Below, one piece after another: positions 1 through 10,085 of a stretch of 64,000 bases of DNA (the stretch's first letter is position 1; every line of letters starts with the position of its first letter). The notes beneath the pieces are model-generated. The model was given only the letters and a program-made list of their open reading frames with translations, was not told the DNA's origin and did no database searches. The stretch spans positions 123,884 through 187,883 of the forward strand of contig MU008180.1 of the NCBI GenBank assembly GCA_010909165.1. The letters are read 5' to 3'. A program made the translations under genes and the position numbers. The stretch is from Anthoceros angustus. Lineage: Eukaryota; Plantae; Anthocerotophyta.

Positions 1-87
1 TTGCATGCACACAAACTAAGGGTGCCTGAATTGTCTCAAAGGAATTTAACTGCCTTGGAAGGTATTTCCTATAGAAAGAGAACTTAC

Positions 88-740
88 ATCGTCGTGGCAC
101 AGCAGATCCAATTCTTGGGTAAGTGTCACCGGTTTGCATGAAACATAGGCAATTTGTGGAGCCCTCAACCTCAACAAAAATTGCACCAGTTTCATGTGCA
201 GGCCTAGCCTGTTCGCGCCTGCAAACAAAAAGATTTCAGACTAGTGCTTCTAGAATAGAAAACAAAGAGGGGAGAAATCTCACTGGCATAGGATGTAGCT
301 TGACCTATGACCTCAACGTCAGATTGAGGTAGATCCCTTCCAAAATCAGGCGGCAGTTTGTTCAAATCTCCTTTGACGAAAGTGGCATTGTGGATGTTAT
401 TTTGTTTGGCATTTTTGAGTGCGCAGCCACAGCTTCTGGAACCAACTCATAGCCATAGACTTGCTTCAGCCTGGAAGATCAGGTCATGTGTCACCACTTA
501 TCTACAGCTTGCTAAACAAGATGTGTTAGATTACAGTAACTTGGGACTACATCGCTTATCTCAAGCAAAAGGGGTAACAAAAGGGCATAATTTACTCCAA
601 AGAGAGACAACACTCACTTTTGCACCATGGTCAGACTATTTGTACCGGTGCCACAGAATAGACTGAGAAGTATCTCGCTTCTATCGGCCCTCAGATTGCA
701 TGCATCCTCAACAAGCTTGTAAAGCACTTCTTCATGGGGA
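88..740 (-). pseudogene. Three exons (618-740, 305-470, 88-218) of an RNA (uracil-5)-methyltransferase gene, TrmA/RlmD/TRM2-like; probably a pseudogene
   Basis: Minus-strand translation: EEVLYKLVEDACNLRADRSEILLSLFCGTGTNSLTM / LKQVYGYELVPEAVA..KNAKQNNIHNATFVKGDLNKLPPDFGRDLPQSDV / ANRLGLHMKLVQFLLRLRAPQIAYVSCKPVTLTQELDLLCH. This matches the SAM motif (DLFCGTG) and the DPxRxG...YVSCNPxT motifs of the family. Donors GTGAGT (617), GTCAAG (304), GTAAGT (87); CAG acceptors at 473-471 and 221-219. One frameshift in the middle exon and substitutions in conserved motifs. Confidence 0.85.
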
Positions 741-750
741 CTAGATGTTG

Positions 751-1260
751 GTCATCCTATTTACAACAGAATGAATAGCACAATTTGCAAGCCCATTATT
801 TTAAGGGACCATATCATAAATATTAGAATTATCCACCTCATTAAAAACAAATTTCCTAATTTAAGTGAATAATATCTTCCCATTTTACAAAGTCATTTGT
901 AACGTTGTGCCACGTCATCCTATTTACAACAGAATATACAACGAAAATCTACAAGCCCATTATTATAAGGGACAATATCATAAATATTGGAATTATCTAC
1001 CTCAATAAATAATTTTAAAATATTTTCCTGATTTAAGTGAATAATATCTTCCCAAAATTTTACAATGGCATTTGCAAAATCTTGCCATGTCTTTCAATTT
1101 ACAACAGAATGTACAACGCAATACACAAGGGCATTATTATAAGGGCCCAAGTCATAATTATTGTAATTATCCAAGTCAATATATATTTTAAAAAATATTT
1201 TTATTTGAAGTGAAAATATTTTTCCAATATTTTACAAAGGCAATTGCAATGGCCACGTCA
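751..1260. repeat. AT-rich diverged tandem repeat, 3 units of ~163-175 bp
   Basis: Units start at about 751, 914 and 1089 and share TTTACAACAGAAT...CCCATTATTATAAGGGAC...TTTAAGTGAATAATATCTTCC...TTTTACAA. Confidence 0.8.
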
Positions 1261-1280
1261 AGTAAAGCCATGTTAGCTAT

Positions 1281-1945
1281 TTCCCCCCACCAAGTAAATC
1301 CGCAAATGTGCTGTTGGATGCCTTACTTATTTATCCACAGGGACAAGGCCTGACATTGCAGAGGCAGTGGGAGTTGCAAGTCAATTTATGGCTAACCCTA
1401 GACAATAGCAGTTTCAAGCCGTGAAGAGGATAATGAGGTACTTGAGTGGTACAAAGCATTGGAATTTGGTGTATCAACAGGAGCATTAGGAAGTCCGAGT
1501 GGTAGAATATTGTGATTCAGACTGGGCAAGAGATGTTGATAGTCGCAAGTCACGATCGATATGCGCGCCGAATGGGGAGCCATTTCTTGGAATAGTAGGA
1601 GACAACCTACTGGAGCTCTATCCTCTACAGAAGCAGAATATATGGCAACATGCTCTGCAGTCATGGAGGCGATATGGTTGCATAACTTGTTAGAGGAGAT
1701 GGGATTCAAGCAGAAGGAAGCAACAATAATCTTCAACGACAATCAAGGTTGCATCTTCTTAGCCAAGAATGCAACTTTTCATGCTAGAACCAAGCACATC
1801 GAAGTGAAACATCACTTCATAAGAGAGAAGGTAAAGTCAAAGGAGGTAAAGCTAGAGTATTGTCCAGGAGACATGCCGGCAGATATTTTGACCAAAGCCT
1901 TGACTTTAGAAAAACATGCTAGGTTTAGCAAGATGCCTAAAGGCA
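1281..1945 (+). mobile_element. Ty1/copia RT C-terminus + RNase H fragment (copy A), inverted relative to the rest of the element
   Basis: VEYCDSDWARDVDSRKS, GAISWNSRRQPTGALSSTEAEYMA, IFNDNQGCIFLAKNATFHARTKHIEVKHHFIREKV: copia RNase H motifs (ORFs 1499..1693, 1561..2025). Confidence 0.95.
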
Positions 1946-2080
1946 TGGGCAAGCATGCTTCTTCTATAAAGGCTACGCTCTGTTTTATTAGACCCAGCCC
2001 TGCTCTACTAATGACATGGTCATAAGAAAAGCATGGGTTACAGAATGGAGCATTTGAAGGGTTGTAAGAAGATGCAACCA

Positions 2081-2111
2081 TTTTACAATGGGTCAAATAC
2101 CCATTGTAAAA
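2081..2111. other. Perfect 13-bp-stem hairpin TTTTACAATGGGT-CAAAT-ACCCATTGTAAAA (second copy 3311-3341)
   Basis: Arms are exact reverse complements; lies in the non-copia filler at the inversion junction. Confidence 0.9.
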
Positions 2112-2113
2112 GT

Positions 2114-2550
2114 TTACAATTGGGGTGGGGGAGTAGTTGACGGGTCCAAATCATTGCAAACAAGGATTAGATCATCCACATAGACAGCAATGATCATCAT
2201 GGACTCTCCCACTCTCTTCACATAGATGTTCCAATCTCCATTGGTTTTCTTGAAACCTCTAGCTTGGAAGAACTTGTCAATCTTAACATACCGGCAAGTG
2301 CAGTTGCTTAAGACCATAGAGTGCCTTTAGCAATTTACATACCTCACTTTCTACGGCACTTCATACCCCTTCCGTTGGTTCATGTAGATCTCTTCTTCCA
2401 AATCTCCATTGAGAAGCGCGGTTTGGACATCCATGTGATGTATCTCCGGATCCATGGTAGCTATTGCTAAGAGTATACGAATGGATGTTATCTTAGCAAC
2501 AAGGGAGAAAGTGTCGGTGTAGTCAATACGGCACTTGTGTATATCCCTTC
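2114..2550 (-). mobile_element. Ty1/copia RT fragment (duplicate of 3344-3790, more degraded)
   Basis: YVKIDKFFQARGFKKTNGDWNIYVKRVGESMMIIAVYVDDLILV (YVDD catalytic motif); nearly identical to 3344-3565. Confidence 0.95.
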
Positions 2551-3175
2551 CCCACCAAGTAAATCCGCAAATGTCTTTGTTGGATGCCTTACTTATTTAT
2601 CCACAGGACAAGGCGGTGGGGTTGCAAGTCAATTGCCATGGCTAACCCTAGACAATAGCAGTTTCAAGCCGTGAAGAGGATAATGAGGTACTTGAGTGGT
2701 ACAAAGCATTGGAATTTGGTGTATCAACAGGAGCATTAGGAAGTCCGAGTGGTAGAATATTGTGATTCAGACTGGGCAAGAGATGTTGATAGTCGCAAGT
2801 CTACGACTGGATATGCGTTTATGCTGAATGGGGGAGCCATTTCTTGGAATAGTAGGAGACAACCTACTGGAGCTCTATCCTCTCTGACAGAATATGGCAA
2901 CATGCTGCTCATGGAGGCGATATGGTTGCATAACTTGTTAGAGGAGATGGGATTCAAGCGGAAGCAACAATAATCTTCAACGACAATCAAGGTTGCATCT
3001 TCTTAGCCAAGAATGCAACTTTTCATGCTAGAAACACATCAAGTGAAACATCACTTCATAAGAAGAGTAAAGTCAAAGGAGGTAAAGCTAGAGTATTGTC
3101 CAATGTGAGACATGCCGGGATATTTTGACCAAAGCCTTGACTTTAGAAAAACATGCTAGGTTTAGCAAGATGCCT
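2550..3175 (+). mobile_element. Ty1/copia RT C-terminus + RNase H fragment (copy B), inverted
   Basis: VEYCDSDWARDVDSRKSTTGYAFMLNGGAISWNSRRQ (ORF 2749..2973); tandem duplicate of 1281-1945. Confidence 0.95.
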
Positions 3176-3343
3176 AAAGGCATGGGCAAGCATGCTTCTT
3201 CTATAAAGGCTACGCTCTGTTTATTAGACCCGCCTCTACTAATGACATGGTCATAAGAAAAGCATGGGTTCTGAATGGAGCATTTGAAGGGTTGTAAGAA
3301 GATGCAACCATTTTACAATGGGTCAAATACCCATTGTAAAAGT

Positions 3344-6300
3344 TTACAATTGGGGTGGGGGAGTAGTTGACGGGTCCAAATCATTGCAAACAAGGATTAG
3401 ATCATCCACATAGACAGCAATGATCATCATGGACTCTCCCACTCTCTTCACATAGATGTTCCAATCTCCATTGGTTTTCTTGAAACCTCTAGCTTGGAAG
3501 AACGTGTCAATCTTAACATACCAGGCAAGTGCAGATTGCTTAAGACCATAGAGTGCCTTTAGCAATTTACATACCTCACTTTTGGCACTTCATACCCCTT
3601 GGTTGGTTCATGTAGATCTCTTCTTCCAAATCTCCATTGAGAAACGCAGTTTGGACATCCATGTGATGTATCTCCAGATCCATGGTAGCTGCTATTGCTA
3701 AGAGTATACGAATGGATGTTATCTTAGCAACAAGGGAGAAAGTGTCGGTGTAGTCAATACCTGGCACTTGTGTATATCCCTTCCCCACCAGCCTTGCTTT
3801 GTATCGCTCTATGCTCCCATCAGCGTTGTGCTTGATCTTGAACACCCATTTGGATCCTATGCACTTCCTTCCTTGGGGTAGAGGAGTGATTTCCCAAGTC
3901 TTGTTCTTGATAAGTGAGTTATACTCACTATCCAAGGCTTCTTTCCACTCCTTCGCCTTTGGCCCTTCCAAGGCTTCCTTCAAGCTTATGCTCATCAAGA
4001 TCCGCCAACATAGCCTCTTCAGACTTGCATGCATTCATGGACTCCAAAATTTTCTGCGAAGGTTTCCATCGCCTTGATGATCTCGATGCGGGTCGGCTCC
4101 TCTTGGATTCTTTGATCTCGCTCCTCTTCATCATCCTCGATATCCGGGGCTTCTCCACCTTCTATATCACCTTGTGGTAGAGGTTGCTCATGCTCAGGAA
4201 CAGGTTGAGCATGCTCAAGAGTAGGTTGCTCAAGAACCAAGTCTTGTGCTTCTTCACGCTCCTTCAACTCCTTGATGACAACTTGCGTTGCTCCCACTCC
4301 TTTGTTAGGTTCCACAACCTCATGAAAAACAACATCCCTACTGAAAATGATTTTCTTGGTTGTAGGGTTGTATAATCTATACCCCTTTACCTCATCGGAA
4401 TACCCAAGCATGATGCACTGGATGCCTTTAGGATCCCACTTGGTTCGGTTTTGCTTTGGAACATGAGCATAAACCTCATAACCAAAGATCCTAAAATGAC
4501 TCACGTTAGGTTTGACACTGCACCATGCCTCCTCCGGGTCATTCCAGTCTGACCTTGGTTGGAACTCTATTCAAAACATGAGTTGTAGCAATGCCTCTCC
4601 CAAAACGTACCTCCAACCCACTTTGATGGAGCATGCACTTGGCCGCCTCCACTAGGCTCCTTAGCTTGCGCCCGCCACTCCATTTTGCTCCGGTGTGTGA
4701 GGAATTGTTAGTTGCCTCCGAATGCCATGCTCCTTGCAAAAGCTTTTGAATTGAGAAGAGATGTATTCTCCTCCATTGTCACTCCTGAGTCTTGAGGCAT
4801 TCTCCACTTTCTCCACCAAGGCTTTCCACTCCTTGAATGTCTTGAACACTTGGACTTCTCCTTCAAAAGGTATGTCCAACTCCTCCTTGTGAAGTCATCC
4901 ACAAACACTAGAATGTAGCGGGCTCCTCCATGGGTAGGGTTCTTCATTGGTCCACACACATCGGTGTGTACAAGCTCCAACGCCTTTGCCGCTCGACGCG
5001 CTCCAATCCTTGGGAACTTGGTTCGGTGAAGCTTTCCCATCATGCACCCTTGGCACAATCGCGGCTCACCAATCTCTTTCAAATCCAAGCCGGTCACCAT
5101 TTGTTGATTCTTCATCATCTTGATGTTGTTCACTCCAGCAGCCCCAAGCGTTGATGCCACAAATCTATTGACCCGGTTTTAGGCGAGCTTGACACAAATG
5201 TGCAAGCTTGTTGATCACCTACGGAAGCACACAACTTGTAGAGATTGCCTTCCGAACACCTCGAGCTATCACCTTGACATTAGGTGATTCTGTTGCGGGT
5301 TGGATGCGACATCCTCGAGTTGAACACAATCTCATTCCTGGTCGTTGATTCTTGCTCGAAAAGATTCTTCGCAAGACCGGCACATGGTGCACATCCTTGA
5401 TTGTACCTTTGGATGGTCCTCCAGGGAGTTGAACTTTAATCACACCTCTTCCTTTGATCTCGTGTGACCTATTGTCTCCAAGCGCCACTTTATGCCCCGC
5501 CATTTCTTCATAGCTTGAGAACCAAGGCCGATTGTAGGTGAAGTGTTGAGATGCTCCAGAGTCGAGGTACAAACTCTCATCCTTCTTTGATGGGAGTTGT
5601 CATTCTTCTAGTTGAGACAGCAAAAAGATGTTCTTCCTTCTCACTCACTTGATTGGCTTGTGACTCCTTTCCCTTCTTCTTCAAGTCAGCCAACCTTGTC
5701 CTACAATCCTTGGCATAGTGATTAGGCTTTTTGCAAATAAGTACCCCACACCTTTTCTTCGTGACCTTTCTCCTTCGATCCTTCTTCGAGTTGGCTTGTG
5801 AAGTCTTCCCACGCGTTGTTCCCTTCTTTGAGAAGACCACCGAGTTTCCATTCTCTTCTTTCTTGAAGGAATTCTCCAGCTCCTCTTGTAGGAGCAACCC
5901 AACCACCTCATCCAACGTTGGTGGTTGGTTGACGCATCGCTACGCTCTAAAGGCCAACACAAATTGCTTGTATGCGGATGGTAAGCTACTCGGCCCACGA
6001 TAACCTTTCTTTCGTAAGGTTTGACGTCCTTCATTTGATCCACCAAGTTCTTCAACTTGTTGACGTGTTGTTGAATGGTGTCACCTCGACCATCTTGAAG
6101 TTGGCGAATTGTTGCTCCAACAACATCTCATTCACCAAGCTCTTCTTCTCATACGTGTTGCGAGGGCCCACGCCGCTTTTGATGTTGCACACTCACCAAT
6201 TGAGAGAGTATGTCATCGGACACATTGAGGAGAATCGCCGCCAACGCCGTCCATCTTTCTTGTCCACTTGGGTGTTTCTCCGAGACCATTGTCGATAAAC

Positions 6301-6410
6301 TTCCATAGTCCTCGGTCGATGAGAAGCATCTTCAGCTTCAACTTCCACAATGTGAAGTTCGTGCCTCCAAACTTCTTCACTAGACGTGTCTCCATGCTTG
6401 TTGACGCCAT
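3344..6410 (-). mobile_element. Ty1/copia gag-pol, frameshifted (gag, Zn knuckle, protease, GAG-pre-integrase, integrase, RT N-half)
   Basis: gag start MASTSMETRLVKKFGGTNFTLWKLKLKMLL; knuckle ...CKKPNHYAKDC; protease YLDSGASQH; CQGCMMGKLHR...LELVHTDVCGP; [18 protein letters not shown]; RT WKEALDSEYNSL, KARLVGKGYTQ, MDVQTAFLNG, LKALYGLKQ, YVDD. Integrase before RT is the copia order. Confidence 0.97.
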
Positions 6411-9312
6411 GCCTAGTTTCCCTGCAATTGATCTTGATCAAGATCCCCTGCACCCCCGCCCACCTCCCACATTTTCAATTCCATGCCACTGCGCCCTTTG
6501 CGGTTATAGCCCCTGCTCATTCTCTAGCTGAAATCATTCTTCGCAGGCGCCTTTTGTGGGATGGAGAGCCGAGATGGCCATTGTATCGAATGACCGGTCT
6601 TCCGGCCATTCAAGCGAGTGAACCTAGTTCCTCGCCGCTCCATTACGGACTCGCCTCTCGGGTTCTCGCATTCGAGCAACCTTATCGCCTTCAACTTCTC
6701 TCGCCTCCCGATTGGGTTCTCGCATTCGAGCAACCTTATCGCCTTCAACTTCTCCTTCGCCTCTCGATTCACAACTTGCGCAGAGGCCCCAATCTCTGCT
6801 AGTCCGGAGGGCTCCGAGGTGTGGGCTATGAGCAAGCGGCGTGTGCAAATGCTGAATGCCCGCCTCCCCTGCGGCTCCGGCAGCGGTGGGATCACGCCCC
6901 AACTCTCTCGGGACTACCATTGCCCTTGCGTCAGACGGAGAAGTTGAACCACTTGGACTATGGGCCCCGGTCCGGCAAGTGGTGCATTCACCTGTGGAGC
7001 CTGTGGTTGTTCACCTCGAGAAATACAATTGGTTCACACGACTTTCGACGAACGATGCTGGCCCATGGAATCTGCGGACGAAGGACAAGTGGCAAATTCC
7101 CAAGCCTTGGTACGTGGGGTGTGATCCGAGGCTGGGCCCGGGCATGTTAGAACGTGCCAAAGAAATTGGGGACTACGTTGTCGACATTCGGAGAGATGAA
7201 AAGCGGAGGAACCCGTGAAGTTTGCGACACGGTGGAGGTGGGGACTCCGGCAACCATGTGGCCTTCAATTGCCGATTCGGAGCCCACGGTGGACATCCGG
7301 GTCCGTGAGCTGAACCCATGTTTTGTTGAGGAGAAGGAGGTGCTTTGCGAAACTATCAGCGAGAACAACTTGAAAGCGGACATCGAGGCGGTGCGGTGGT
7401 GAAGTGGAGCGAGCATGGCGGGAGGATGCTTGTTGGCGCCATGCCTAGTTTCCCCGCAATTGATCTTGATCAAGATCCCTGCACCCGCCCACCTCCCACA
7501 TTTTCAATTCCATGCCATCGCGCTTTGCGGTTATAGCCCCACATCATTCTCTAGTTGAAATCATTCTTAGCGCCTTTTGTGGGATGGAGAGCCGAGATGG
7601 CCATTGTATCGAATGACCGGTCTTCCGGCCATTCAAGCGAGTGAACCTAGTTCCTCGCCGCTCCATTACGGACTCTCGCCTCCCGATTCGGGTTCTCGCA
7701 TTCGAGCAACCTTATCGCCTTCAACTTCTCCTTCGCCTCTCGATTCACAACTTGCGCGGCCCCAATCTCTGCTAGTCTGGAGGGCTCGGTGTGGGCTATG
7801 AGCAAGCGGCGGCGTGTGCAAATGCTGAATGCCCGTCTTCCTGCGGCTCCTGCAGCGGTGGGATCACGCCCCAACTCTCTGGACTCGCCATTGCCCTTGC
7901 GTTTCGCGAGTTGAACCACTTGGACTATGGGCCCCGGTCCGGCAAGTGGTGCATTCACCTGTGGAGCCACGTGGGTTGTTCACCTTGGTTCACGCGACTT
8001 TCGACGACGATCTTGGCCCATGGAATCTGCGGACGAAGGACAAGTGGCAAATTCCCAAGCCTTGTGGGTGTGATCCGGTGGGCCGGGCATGTTAGAACGT
8101 GCCAAAGAAATTGGGGACTACGTTGTCGACATTCGGAGAGATGAAAAGCGGAGGAACCCGTGAAGTTTGCGACAACGGTGGAGGTGGGGACTCCGGCAAC
8201 CATGTGGCCTTCAATTGCCGATTCGGAGCCCACGGTGGACATCCGGGTCCGTGAGCTGAACCCATGTTTTGTTGAGGAGAAGGAGGTGCTTTGCGAAACT
8301 ATCAGCGAGAACAACTTGAAAGCGGACATCGAGGCGGTGCGGTGGTGAAGTGGAGCGAGCATGGCGGGAGGATGCTTGTTGACGCCATGCCTAGTTTCCC
8401 CGCAATTGATCTTGATCAAGATCCCTGCACCCGCCCACCTCCCACATTTTCAATTCCATGCCACCGCGCCTTTGTTATAGCCCCCGCCATTCTCTAGTCA
8501 AATCATTCTTCGTGCGCCTTTTGTGGGATGGAGAGCAGATGGCCATTGTATCGAATGACCGGTCTTCCGGCCATTCAAGCGAGAGTGAACCTAGTTCCTC
8601 GCCGCTCCATTACGGACTCTCGCCTCCCGATTGGGTTCTCGCATTCGAGCAACCTTATCGCCTTCAACTTCTCCTTCTCGCCTCGATTCACAACTTGCGC
8701 GGCCCCAATCTGCTAGTCCGGAGGGCTCCGAGGTGTGGGCTATGAGCAAGCGGCGTGTGCAAAATGCTGAATGCCCGCCTTCCCGCGCTCCCGGCCCCGC
8801 GGATCACGCCCCAACTCTCTCGGGGACTACGCCATTGCCCTTGCGTCAGACGGAGAAGTTGAACCACTTGGACTATGGGCCCCGGCCCCGCAAGTGGTGC
8901 ATTCACCTGTGGAGCCTGGGTTGTTCACCGAGAAATACAATTGGTTCACGCGACTGACGAACGATCTTGGCCCATGGAATCATGACGGACAAGTGGCAAA
9001 TTCCCAAGCCTTGCACGGGTGTGATCCGAGGCCCGCATGTTAGAACGTACAAAGAAATTGGGGACTACGTTGTCGACATTCTCGGAGAGATGAAAAGCGG
9101 AGGAACCCGTGAAGTTTGCGACATGTGGAGGTGGGGACTCAAAGAACCCATGTGGCCTTCAATTGCCGATTCGGAGCCCACCGGTGACATCCGGGTCCGT
9201 GAGCTGAACCCATGTTTTGTTGAGGAGAAGGAGGTGCCAAGCTATCACGCCGTAACAACTTGAAAGACAGAGCGAGCCGCGGCAAGGTGGAGCATGGCGG
9301 GAGGATGCTTAC
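6395..9312. repeat. ~1-kb unit repeated three times immediately upstream of copia gag
   Basis: Units at about 6400-7420, 7420-8380 and 8380-9310, each beginning ATGCTTGTTG(A/G)CGCCATGCCTAGTTTCCC..GATCTTGATCAAGATCCC; the ORF track shows the same peptides three times (e.g. MWPSIADSEPTVDIRVRELNPCFVEEKEV). Confidence 0.92.
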
Positions 9313-10085
9313 TGCTGGTCCCAGGTGGGATGAAGAAAGGCTTACGTTGTGGACGGGTCCTGAGGCCGGCTTGAAGAACTTGCTTGCTGCTGCGTGCAAG
9401 GGTGATGGGAAGTTGGCAATTCTGAAGAAGTCAATTGACAAACTGTGGTGCGTGGGTTTTGCCCACAAGCTCCATTTTGTCTACAACCATGTTGAACATT
9501 TCACGGCATACATCGATTTCCGTCTGAACGTTGAAGGCATCTACCACATCCTAGAAGCCTGTGATCTAATTGTCAAATGTTGCCACTGCGTCGGGAACAG
9601 GAAGGGTCATGCTCTGGTGGTCGGAGCAGTCTTTGCTTTCATGTTTTCCCCCACTGACCTGAGCACGCCATTGGAAGTTGATGTGCGCCGTGGTCTGTCA
9701 TGTTCGGATTACCTTTTTGGCTAGTGAACTGTCCCAACGTCTTGGTGTATGCAGGGATGCTTGCTGAAGATGGCCCCTCACCACTTTAGACATTTGTGTT
9801 AGAAGCCCTTTCTTTGGGCAATTTGGGACTGAGAAGCCTCTGTTGGCGGTGTTGTGTTTTGTTTGTAGCCCTTTGCTGGGCAGTTTTGTCTAATGGCTTC
9901 AAGCCCACCTTGCGTCCAGTTTTGCCTCTTGGTCTCAGTTTTCCGAACATTGAACATCCGCTGTGGACAACTGGTGAACACTGCACATACACACCAGAGC
10001 TTGTGACCCTCGAACCCACTTCCTACCCACCCAGGCGAACCTGAGCCCTCACCATCACAAGGGCACTGTCACTGCCCGTCCTCTA

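Noticed and set aside
9260-9724. 154-aa plus-strand ORF as a gene
   Set aside because: It starts inside the repeat unit, has no recognisable motif, and overlaps a more plausible decayed frame on the minus strand.
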